Shown here in pieces: positions 9,501 to 16,869 of a stretch of 64,000 nucleotides of DNA. This DNA is from Deferribacterales bacterium. GTDB taxonomy: Bacteria; Chrysiogenota; Deferribacteres; Deferribacterales; JAISNW01. The notes below the pieces were generated by a model, which saw only the letters and a program-made list of their open reading frames with translations, was not told the origin of the DNA and ran no database searches. The stretch's first letter is position 1; every line of letters starts with the position of its first letter. Location of the stretch: contig JAVBTI010000105.1 of assembly GCA_031556255.1 (NCBI GenBank), forward strand, positions 2,180-66,179, written 5' to 3'. The position numbers and the translations under genes were made by a program.

Positions 9501-9566
9501 GGCGGCGGCGGCCACGATCGCTCCGGTGGCCTGCAAAAGGCCACGACGGGTAATTTCCATCTTCAT
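6504..9566 (-). CDS. Molybdopterin (bis-PGD) oxidoreductase catalytic subunit, DmsA-like, with a Tat signal ending in a lipobox
   Basis: Start chosen at MKMEITRRGLLQATG, with GGAGG 6 nt upstream; the ORF track extends to 9611. Twin-arginine motif TRRGLL, h-region ending VSGC. The DmsA-like block YNCGSRC...RACVRC...DRLKYPL is present. About 1020 aa. Confidence 0.9.
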   Translation of the reverse strand: MKMEITRRGLLQATGAIVAAAAVSGCSGSNGNGDQVLAPAEGLVYDPNTETILHTTGPYNCGSRCQQKVHVKNGKVVRFTSAGDKQRGSDADAQAEWDGSELGKPMELRACVRCYGGYQGILYQPDRLKYPLMRDGTKPKGDPNGFKRVSWDTALNAVVTKLKAAYDRADSENLPYAPVISHYYYWSTIAYYAGKKPFIRMYGNESYGGVDLGKFDTVGYSASINSRTDRYNTKFMITWALDTTRTTYWNIHTHFLNAKVKENGIPMVVIAANHSDAAAVLSSGLPNYAYTRHADLGGGNNTISIPRWIGCRPATDAALATALAYVIYKNKRYSAAYLTNPAVGADQSARKCFGFWENDTVVSQGPATGMDRINFPIKATRDIVPSDRFNADGVSLSSGTALHGFKFRVPAGESYQEYLESREVEWAGAPVATGKSSADGYKYEQPAVPANVGEALDRYTKVLDYVSCLTGVNAGVIEALAFKYSEYANHATDAAFIETGGGPQRAWNASEWVWSMFCLSAMCGYVEKSGGGLAGMSMGSFSESLTFSAGGVDIYSQPNATDPRTAAAINLELASWQHVVLTGKDHRRKQDLINDVKYQFGFDITSYLPLQVDIVIHSNMNNIMTHPNSSKNRAAYMKVPTLVVIDQVMTPTAMMADIVLPACTHLETDDSYSPGLGMSTLYHRQKAVDVMYDTWPEDKIQTELWNRLNAAMNNAGGPSPLLVVPFDLKGEEAFTSLRLTNLYKSSTGQPNAELPSLDTLKQEGSYTVVTPKDKPIVPMKTYTPSGTLDTSTGFINFYSPMRAMRPGTKRPADDLPDFLYYPGGWRSATACYQPVIQGYEMFFDRSIPSANPLGTFTGYNSPISGRNYKLYYMTNKSRNRGHTVFDGVAAIKDQFPQVVKINPSTAGERGIKEGDLVYIYNDRGCIKIPAHLTQQILPGVVSIEHGAWYRPSSTEMVKVWMQTGQDIANPDKFFETTAPVDLGGNDNVLTNDYFGEDSLWCGGAVPAQSGPCEISLTKPE

Positions 9567-9686
9567 CCTTCTCCTCCTGTGAAAATGTTGATGGTTGATT
9601 AATATGATCAAACTGACGGAAAGTTAATGGCCAGAATTTTTATTTGTGAGCTGCCAGATCTATGCTAATTCAGAACAAGAGTATAT

Positions 9687-11138
9687 TTAACAATGTCCAA
9701 GCTGTTGTGTGACAGCATGCGCAATGGCCTGCACTCCTTTGTCCATAACGTCCAGCGGCTTGCAGAGTGCAGTCAGCAAAAGGTGGGAGGATCGGCCATG
9801 GGTGTAAACCACGCCGGGAATGGCGTAGTAATCAGGGCAATCGAAATTGAGCTTCTGAGTATCTATACGTTCATCAAATTTAATCCAGGCATGGTAATTA
9901 ATGCTCCCCTTATGCCATTCAGCTATTCCGCCCAAGTGGCGGCGCAGAATGGCATCCAACCCGTCGATCCATTGTGGAAGTACAGCACGTATGTTTTTCA
10001 TGCTTTCTTCGTACAAATTTTCAACCAGCATAATATTTGCCAAAAGCTCATTCATTATTGTATGCGGCCCCGTGAACTGAGTCCTGACATCGACGATGCG
10101 TTTAGATATGGTATCCGGCACTACCGCCCACGCCAGTTTGAGTCCGGATATGCACATACTGGCAAAAGTGCCAATGTAAATTATCTGGTCGTATTCGTCT
10201 GAAGCTTTCAGCGGCGGCGGCGGTTCCGTCCGCCATAAATCACGCAGCATGTCGTTCTCAATAACCGGAATGCGCAGTTTTTGGCAGATCGAAAGAATTT
10301 CATCCCTGCGTGTATGCGAAAATGTTATCCCTGTTGGAAAGTGGTTGACAGGGTTCAAATAGAGCATGTTCATATTTTTACGGTTAACTTTCCGCTGAAA
10401 ATCCTCCGGATCAATCCCCTCGCCGTCGTAGCTAATAGGATAATAGTTCGCGCCTATAGTATAAATATTACCCATAGCGGCGATCATATCGTTCGCCATC
10501 GTATAGTAATTCATACCGGAACGTAAAAGGGCATGGTGTATAATATTGACAGCTTCCTGATAGCCGCTGAAAACTACAATGTTGTCGGGAGACGTATAGA
10601 TGCCGTACTTTTTAAGATATTCCGCCAGCGTGTTTCTTAAAAGCGGGAGCCCGCTATGGTGCATATCATTCATAAGCTCGGAATAGCCTGCTACATGCGG
10701 TAAAAGCTCCATAGCTTTTATAAGCGGCTCATACGGATGGAACGGCTCCTCAGCCAATCCGTAAGAGGTAAGCAGGACAGGATCTCTCTCAACCTTGTCC
10801 ACCAAATCCCCAAGTGTTTTACGGTTTGAAACCTGCAGGCCCGATGTGACAAAACGCTGCCAGTCCGGCGTTTGCCCACCCACAAGGCGTTCCCATGCGT
10901 TCTGCGACACCACTGTGCCGGAACGTGGCACGGTTTCAAGGAAGCCAGCGCTCTTGAGTTCGTCAAACGCCTCGGCAATGGTTCCCCTGCTGACCGCAAA
11001 CTCGTCCGCAAGTGTGCGTTCAGAAAGACGCGTGCCGGCAGGGTAATACCCGAATTTAATCATATTTTTAATGTGCTCAGCGATCTGCTGATAAAGAGGT
11101 AACGCCGAATCCTGAACAGGCATCCATTTTGCGCACAT
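9687..11138 (-). CDS. MocR/GabR-type regulator (GntR wHTH fused to an aminotransferase-like domain)
   Basis: The N-terminal block LSERTLADEFAVSRGTIAEAFDELKSAGFLETVPRSGTVV is a GntR HTH. The C-terminal part, about 350 aa, has an aminotransferase fold-type I look. See the finding on the missing PLP lysine. Confidence 0.8.
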   Translation of the reverse strand: MCAKWMPVQDSALPLYQQIAEHIKNMIKFGYYPAGTRLSERTLADEFAVSRGTIAEAFDELKSAGFLETVPRSGTVVSQNAWERLVGGQTPDWQRFVTSGLQVSNRKTLGDLVDKVERDPVLLTSYGLAEEPFHPYEPLIKAMELLPHVAGYSELMNDMHHSGLPLLRNTLAEYLKKYGIYTSPDNIVVFSGYQEAVNIIHHALLRSGMNYYTMANDMIAAMGNIYTIGANYYPISYDGEGIDPEDFQRKVNRKNMNMLYLNPVNHFPTGITFSHTRRDEILSICQKLRIPVIENDMLRDLWRTEPPPPLKASDEYDQIIYIGTFASMCISGLKLAWAVVPDTISKRIVDVRTQFTGPHTIMNELLANIMLVENLYEESMKNIRAVLPQWIDGLDAILRRHLGGIAEWHKGSINYHAWIKFDERIDTQKLNFDCPDYYAIPGVVYTHGRSSHLLLTALCKPLDVMDKGVQAIAHAVTQQLGHC

Positions 11139-11171
11139 CCCTGGTCATACCCCGCAGAGCGGCTTAACAAA

Positions 11172-12782
11172 TCAGATGGACTTGATAAACCCGCCATAAT
11201 TATGCTGAATATACGATCGTACGTTCGGTTCCTGAAACAGTTTCACAGCAATTACTGAAGAATCCCCCGGATTGTAAATCATAATATCCTCATGCCGTTT
11301 GGGAACAAAAGAAACAGCCGCCATGTTATCCAGAAGGCCGTTCAATTGGGCGGGGGTACTGATCACTATTGCTTCAATGTTCCCCAGATTGGATTCCGTA
11401 TACTCCACGGCGTAGTGGGCAAACTTCCTCGCAAGGGCCAGGGAAGAAAGCATTTCTTGCGTTATGGTGAGGGATGATTCCTTATCCCGGTACAGATAAA
11501 ACGCGTTGGCGTCGTTGTACTGTGTGATTTTCACCACATATTCAAGAGGAACGGAAGACTCAAGCCTGCTCCGGTGGTGGATCCTGAACTCACTGTCCGC
11601 AAGCTTTCTTCTCACCATCTGTGCTGCCACCTTCATAAGCAGAGGCAGGGGAAGTGAATCGGGGGCACAGAACTGCTTGACGGGAGTTATGGTGCGCAGA
11701 TCGTCGCTTATATCCACAATCGGGTTCGTCCTTACAGGCACAAGGTCAAACAGGTTGGGCTGCAGCGAAGGGATATGGTTCGGTATTTTGATAATATTGT
11801 CTTCGGCGAAATAGTAGGTGTGGTCCAGCTTGTCCAGCGACAGCATCAGCCGCTTCTTCCCCTTTATGGACAGGAGGCGCAGAAACAAGCTCAGATCTCC
11901 CACTTCCGGCAGGGGACGTATCAGCTCGCACGGAGTGGCGCCTATATCGAACGGCATATATGAAGCAATGTCAAATAGGCTTTCCCCCTCCCTGCTCGGT
12001 TCGTCGGAGAGGATTATCATCCTGTCAATGTCTTTAACTTTCAGAATATCATGAACATAGTCCGACAGCATGCCGCTTTCGATATACGGAGCCAACGATT
12101 CGGCATTTTCAACGGTCCCTTCCTGTGCAATCCCGTCTATGGCGGCGGAATAAACGAAATAACGGAGCTGCTGCTTGTTATGCACCAGTAATATACCGTC
12201 CGTGGTGGCGCTTTTCCTGGTTTCACGCGGTTTTTCCATATGTACCGGTTTATGCGGATTTCTCAGTACCGGTGGGGGCGGAGGGGACAAGGTTTCAGAG
12301 GCATGGGGCAGTTCGGCAGCAGGGGCGGGGATCTCAGCCGTGGACTGTATCTCCGGCTCCTCCGGCGGAACGGTCGATTCACCCTTATGCACAGGCTTGA
12401 TGACCATATCGTTGGGTATGGAGGGAGCCATGATCTCGGTGGTATCCACAACCATATCGTCTTTTATGACTGTCTGGCACGCAAGACGGAACCCGGCATC
12501 CAGATTTATTCTGGCAAGGACGAGCTGCTCTTTTTTGTTGGGCTTTGAGATATTTCGCTGGTTTATATGGACTTTGCATTTGCCGCACTGACCATTGCCG
12601 CGGCAGAGGGTAGGAGGGATAACTTTTTCAGCGACAAGGGCACTGTACAGATTTGTACCTGTCTTAGCCTCTATGGCAAGGTTGCGGTTTTTTATAACTA
12701 TGCGGACTGTCTTGCTGAAGAACATCTTCCCTACCCGATAGATCTTAACTCCATGTGTAGCGGAATTTATCTCCCATATCAA
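11172..12782 (-). CDS. 2Fe-2S ferredoxin-domain protein, divergent RACo/DUF4445-like (start uncertain: TTG at 12782 or ATG at 12725)
   Basis: N-terminal motif CRGNGQCGKCKV...LACQ (C-x5-C-x2-C...C), as in RACo-type ferredoxin domains. A Pro-rich linker follows. The C-terminal region carries an ITQEMLSSLALARKFAHYAVE block resembling the DUF4445 ITQKDIRELQLAKAA block. Confidence 0.6.
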   Translation of the reverse strand: MIWEINSATHGVKIYRVGKMFFSKTVRIVIKNRNLAIEAKTGTNLYSALVAEKVIPPTLCRGNGQCGKCKVHINQRNISKPNKKEQLVLARINLDAGFRLACQTVIKDDMVVDTTEIMAPSIPNDMVIKPVHKGESTVPPEEPEIQSTAEIPAPAAELPHASETLSPPPPPVLRNPHKPVHMEKPRETRKSATTDGILLVHNKQQLRYFVYSAAIDGIAQEGTVENAESLAPYIESGMLSDYVHDILKVKDIDRMIILSDEPSREGESLFDIASYMPFDIGATPCELIRPLPEVGDLSLFLRLLSIKGKKRLMLSLDKLDHTYYFAEDNIIKIPNHIPSLQPNLFDLVPVRTNPIVDISDDLRTITPVKQFCAPDSLPLPLLMKVAAQMVRRKLADSEFRIHHRSRLESSVPLEYVVKITQYNDANAFYLYRDKESSLTITQEMLSSLALARKFAHYAVEYTESNLGNIEAIVISTPAQLNGLLDNMAAVSFVPKRHEDIMIYNPGDSSVIAVKLFQEPNVRSYIQHNYGGFIKSI

Positions 12783-12804
12783 GACCTTTTATTGGGATTG
12801 TCCG

Positions 12805-13203
12805 TCACTTGTGCTGGCACAGCTCCGTCAGAACACCGTTTACACTTTTCGGGTGCACGAAAGCCACCATCATCTCATGAGCTCCTTCAACGGGCACTTC
12901 ATTGATCAGACGTATTCCGCTCTCTTTGAGGGAGGCCAGCGCGGAATATATATCGTCCACTTCATAGGCTATGTGGTGCATTCCCGGACCGCGTTTTTCA
13001 AGGAAACCAGCTATGGGGCTGTCGGGCGAAGTGGGTTCCAGAAGTTCGATATGCACGTTATCCACAGTCAGAAATGCCGTCTTAACTTTTTGGGACGGCA
13101 CATCTTCTATATGCGAAGGCTCCACCCCCACGGCTTTATAAAACGTCAGCGCCTCCTGAAGGTTGCTCACCGCTACTCCGATATGGTCGATTTTAGTTAA
13201 CAT
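12805..13203 (-). CDS. mce: Methylmalonyl-CoA epimerase (VOC/glyoxalase fold)
   Basis: 132 aa. IDHIGVAV...IELLEP...SPIAGFLEKRGPGMHHIAYEVDDI...AFVHPKS..GVLTEL is the canonical Mce pattern. Confidence 0.85.
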   Translation of the reverse strand: MLTKIDHIGVAVSNLQEALTFYKAVGVEPSHIEDVPSQKVKTAFLTVDNVHIELLEPTSPDSPIAGFLEKRGPGMHHIAYEVDDIYSALASLKESGIRLINEVPVEGAHEMMVAFVHPKSVNGVLTELCQHK

Positions 13204-13246
13204 CAGTTATTCCCCCTTTGCGCCAAAGGCACTTCCCTCTCTCCAA

Positions 13247-13267
13247 CTCTCCCCCGGCGGGGGAGAG
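13247..13267 (-). repeat. GC-rich hairpin element CTCTCCCCC-G(G/C)C-GGGGGAGAG (family B, copy 1)
   Basis: Perfect inverted repeat in the 242-bp spacer downstream of the MltD-like gene. Its reverse complement shares CTCCCC(C)GCCGGGG(G)AG with the copy at 57154..57174. Confidence 0.6.
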
Positions 13268-13445
13268 GAAGACATATCAGTCATGAATTGCGTTGTAGCG
13301 TGCCGAAAAACAGTTTGTCAAGCAGGATGCAATACGAGGCGCTTTTGAGGAGGCAAGCCGCAACATACTTACTGGTATGTGAGAATTGACCCAAAAAAAC
13401 AACGAAGTAGTGCACCCGCATCACAGGCCGTTTTGACCCGGCTCC

Positions 13446-14903
13446 TTAACTGGTTAGCCCGCCCTGGGAGATGACCAACACCTGCCCGGGATAAATCCTC
13501 TTCGGATTAATCTTCGGATTCAGCCGCACCAGCGTGCTCAACGGCATGTTGTGCTGCCTTGATATGGTCGTCATATTATCCCCCTTACGCACTATGTAAT
13601 ATTTGGGCGCAAGGTTGGCAATCTCTTTGGCAAACGCCGTGTCATATTCATTTAAAGTCATGTTCTGCCCGGGGATAAAAAGCACCTTGGAAGTATATAT
13701 AGTGTCATAATTAAAGCTGTTAAGTTTTTTCACCGATTCTACGCTCACATTGTACGCTCTGGCAATCCTTGCAAGATCGTCGCCCGGTTTGGCATGGTAG
13801 ACTGCGTAACGGGTCAGATCCGATTGAGGATCCTCCACAAAGGCTGTCGCTGTCTCTTTCATGCCGAGCGGCACTCGCAGTGTGTACTTTTTCCCCGGGG
13901 GAGTCATAGGAGTGCGCAGTTCGGGGTTCAATTCCTTGAGGTTCTCCGGTGGGCAGCCCAGCACTTCGGCAATCACGAATATATTCACCTGACTGTTGAC
14001 CTCTACATTGTCGTACAGCAGAGGGAGCACGCCGGGTGATTCAAAACCGTATTCCTTGATATTTTTGTAAATAAGCAGATGGGCGAGGTATTTGGGCACA
14101 TAGTCCCGAGTTTCCAGCTTGAGTGTGCGCCCTGTGGCTATTTTAAAGAAGTCTTTGGATTTATGCGTTCTGGTGGCCCTGGTGATCTTGCCGGATCCCG
14201 CATTGTAGGCAGCTAAGGCAAGATACCAATCGTTAAATATCTCATACAGGTCATTCAGATGCTGCGCCGCGGCAAGGGTGGCCTTCTCAAAATCTTTTCG
14301 TTCGTCCACCCAGTCGTTCACGTCGAGGCCATACATTTTACCCGTGCCGCGCATAAACTGCCACATGCCCACGGCGCCCGCGCGGGAGTTGGCGCCGGGG
14401 TTGAACCCGCTCTCAGTAAATGCCAGCGCCACGAGATCCTGCGGAACCCCCTCCCTCTGAAAAATATCCCTTACTATGTACATATATTTATTGGAGCGGT
14501 CGAGCCAATTTTGCATAGTGGCATGGCCGCTGCCGGTAAAATATTTGAGGTAGTATTGCACCCGGGGGGTCATCGTCATTGGCACGTCAAACTCTGCGAA
14601 CAGCTCCTGCAGGCGCTCGTCACTTATTACGGCCGCGTCGCTGTGGTCAAAAAGGGTAGAGGCTATGCCGAACTCCGGCAGCGGCACATTGACGTCGTTT
14701 ATAGGTACAGTGTATCGCAGCTCACCTCTTTCGCCGCCCGCCGGAGGTACAACTAAAGCGGGGAGCTCAGTTACAGCTGTGTTTGAACCGGCGGCACATC
14801 CGTAAACCGCCGCAACCAATAATAAAAATAACCAGATATGAGCTCTCATGCAACGCTTATACGAATTTTCAAGTAAAATAGCAAGTATTATCCGCATTTT
14901 CAC
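13446..14903 (-). CDS. Membrane-bound lytic transglycosylase with C-terminal LysM repeats (MltD-like lipoprotein). The likely true start is the ATG at 14849.
   Basis: SLT catalytic block FTESGFNPGANSRAGAVGMWQFM and two LysM-like repeats (YHAKPGDDLARIARAYNV..., YIVRKGDNMTTISRQHNM...). Lipobox VYGC follows MRAHIWLFLLLVAA. Confidence 0.85.
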   Translation of the reverse strand: MKMRIILAILLENSYKRCMRAHIWLFLLLVAAVYGCAAGSNTAVTELPALVVPPAGGERGELRYTVPINDVNVPLPEFGIASTLFDHSDAAVISDERLQELFAEFDVPMTMTPRVQYYLKYFTGSGHATMQNWLDRSNKYMYIVRDIFQREGVPQDLVALAFTESGFNPGANSRAGAVGMWQFMRGTGKMYGLDVNDWVDERKDFEKATLAAAQHLNDLYEIFNDWYLALAAYNAGSGKITRATRTHKSKDFFKIATGRTLKLETRDYVPKYLAHLLIYKNIKEYGFESPGVLPLLYDNVEVNSQVNIFVIAEVLGCPPENLKELNPELRTPMTPPGKKYTLRVPLGMKETATAFVEDPQSDLTRYAVYHAKPGDDLARIARAYNVSVESVKKLNSFNYDTIYTSKVLFIPGQNMTLNEYDTAFAKEIANLAPKYYIVRKGDNMTTISRQHNMPLSTLVRLNPKINPKRIYPGQVLVISQGGLTS

Positions 14904-14912
14904 GCCACAAAC

Positions 14913-15956
14913 TTACTTTTCCATATATATGCTGTGGCTCGGAAAAGCAAACTCTACGCCCATTTTGGTAAACTCATCCAGGATGGCGAAATTCACCTGC
15001 TGCAGCCTGTCCATATACATATCATAGTCTTTGTCCATGATAAAGTAGACTATCTCATAATTCAGACTGGAATCGCCGAACTCATAAAAGTGCGCCCGGC
15101 CGAACTCCGTATCCGGCGCAGCTTCCACTATATGCCGGACAACGGAAGGTATTTCCTTCGCTTTTTCAGCCGGAGTGTCATATTTGATCCCTATTTTGGT
15201 TGTCACTTTTCTTTTATTCATCACGTTAAAGTTAAGCAGCACGCTCTTCGTCATATCCGTGTTGGACATGACGACCTGCTCCCCTGTTGTGGAGGTTAAC
15301 CGCGTACCTTTCAGTCCTATTGACTTTATTGTCCCCGTGACGCCGCCCACCTTTACCGTATCACCTATAGTAAACGGCTGGTCTATTATTATCGTGAAAT
15401 AGTTGAAAAGATCACCCAACAGAGTCTGGGATGCCAGTGCTATCGCCATGCCGCCAATACCCAGGCCGGTAAGCAGCGTGGTGACGTTAAAGCCGAAATT
15501 GCTCAATAAAAACAACAGCGCCATCGCCCAGAGCACAATGTTTGCGATGATGCCGGCACTGTGGGAAAGCATCGGGCTGCCGCCGTTACGCCTTACATAT
15601 TCAGACACTGCCACCTTTACCACATCCACGGCATAGCGGACCACACAAAAGGTAACAATCAGCAGGCCAATTATACCGATGAAATTCTTGACTTTGTCCG
15701 GAAGCGTAAGATAGCGGGACGCTATATATACGGGCAGGTACCACACAATGGGCATAAGCTTTTTATCAGCGCGCATTAATAGAGCAACCGCCTGGTTTGT
15801 GGTTTTCATTGACAGCTTGTCCAAAACCGCAACAAGAACCTTGCTGACGATACGGAACACTATCGTCAATAAAACCAACATTCCTAATGCTATCAAATAT
15901 TTAAAAACAGTATTATCAAAAAACACTGTGTCCAGATTGAAATTTTCCATACCCAT
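14913..15956 (-). CDS. Mechanosensitive ion channel protein (MscS family)
   Basis: 347 aa. N-terminal TM helices, then the MscS beta-domain block IIDQPFTIGDTVKVGGVTGTIKSIGLKGTRL. Confidence 0.85.
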   Translation of the reverse strand: MGMENFNLDTVFFDNTVFKYLIALGMLVLLTIVFRIVSKVLVAVLDKLSMKTTNQAVALLMRADKKLMPIVWYLPVYIASRYLTLPDKVKNFIGIIGLLIVTFCVVRYAVDVVKVAVSEYVRRNGGSPMLSHSAGIIANIVLWAMALLFLLSNFGFNVTTLLTGLGIGGMAIALASQTLLGDLFNYFTIIIDQPFTIGDTVKVGGVTGTIKSIGLKGTRLTSTTGEQVVMSNTDMTKSVLLNFNVMNKRKVTTKIGIKYDTPAEKAKEIPSVVRHIVEAAPDTEFGRAHFYEFGDSSLNYEIVYFIMDKDYDMYMDRLQQVNFAILDEFTKMGVEFAFPSHSIYMEK

Positions 15957-16037
15957 GTATTCCTCCTACCATGAGTGTTACAAATTAAGGTCTGGCAAGC
16001 AGCCTCATTACAGTTATCGCACTCAACACGCCGGCCG

Positions 16038-16868
16038 TCAGAACAGCCTTGTTCCGCGCGAAGGCGTACCGCCCTCGTATTCTTCTATATCGGCGGTCAC
16101 ATGCTTATAATCGACATTCTTAAAATATTCAATTATCATATTTTTATATTGGCCGAGCGCCGCAACAGTTTCATTCACACCCAGTTCAAGGCGGGCAACT
16201 TCACCGTGGTCTTTTACTTTGAACTGCTTAAACCCGAGCTGGCTTAGAAACTCTTCCGCATCTTCGATCTTCCTGAGCTTTTCGGTGGTTATACGCTCCC
16301 CGTGAGGAAATCTTGTCATCAGGCAGGAGTATGAGCTTTTCAGCCAGGTGGGCAGGTGCATGATGCGGGATATTTCACGTATCTCCTGTTTATTCAGCCC
16401 CGCCTTCTCCAGAGGACTGTGAACACCCAGCTCTTTTACGGCGAGCCTGCCTGGGCGATATTTTTTTAAGTCGTCCGCCTGAGAGCCCTCCGCCACCGCC
16501 GAGATCTTAAGCACTTTCGCAAACGTCAGCGCACGGGTAAGCATATCCTGTTTGCATTTATAGCATCTGTTTTCGGGGTTATTTATAAGCGCTGCGTTTG
16601 CCAGAGTATCAACATCAATAATATGCAGATTCACGCCCATGTCTGCCGCCTGTTTACGGGCTTCCACCAGTAATTTCCGTGGCGTTATCACAGACCTGAA
16701 GAGGACTCCTTCCACTTTTTCCTTCAGTTGCTCTTTCGCAACAGCCAGAAGCAGCGAGGAATCCGTCCCGCCGGAATAGCACACCAGCAGACTGTCGAAT
16801 CCGGAAAGATCGCCGTGCAGTAACTTCAGCTTTTTTTCAGTCTCAGCTCTCAGTTTGTCTTTAGCCAT
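16038..16868 (-). CDS. LarE-like PP-loop ATP pyrophosphatase (TIGR00268-type sulfur transferase), paralog 1
   Basis: Start taken at MAKDKL (ATG 16866..16868), 1 nt after the upstream stop. PP-loop CYSGGTDSS, NPENRCYKCK, and SYSCLMTRFPHG, which aligns with L. plantarum LarE ASCSVSSRFPYG. Confidence 0.75.
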   Translation of the reverse strand: MAKDKLRAETEKKLKLLHGDLSGFDSLLVCYSGGTDSSLLLAVAKEQLKEKVEGVLFRSVITPRKLLVEARKQAADMGVNLHIIDVDTLANAALINNPENRCYKCKQDMLTRALTFAKVLKISAVAEGSQADDLKKYRPGRLAVKELGVHSPLEKAGLNKQEIREISRIMHLPTWLKSSYSCLMTRFPHGERITTEKLRKIEDAEEFLSQLGFKQFKVKDHGEVARLELGVNETVAALGQYKNMIIEYFKNVDYKHVTADIEEYEGGTPSRGTRLF

Positions 16869-16869
16869 G

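Noticed and set aside
9595-9611. TTGAT-N7-ATCAA dyad upstream of the first Mo-oxidoreductase gene as an FNR/CRP box
   Set aside because: The FNR consensus has N4 spacing, not N7. The site lies only ~29 nt from the start codon, too close for a class II activator site.
10135-10152. TGGCACTTTTGCC on the minus strand inside the MocR-like gene as a sigma-54 promoter
   Set aside because: The GG-to-GC spacing is one nt short of the required N10, and the site is intragenic.
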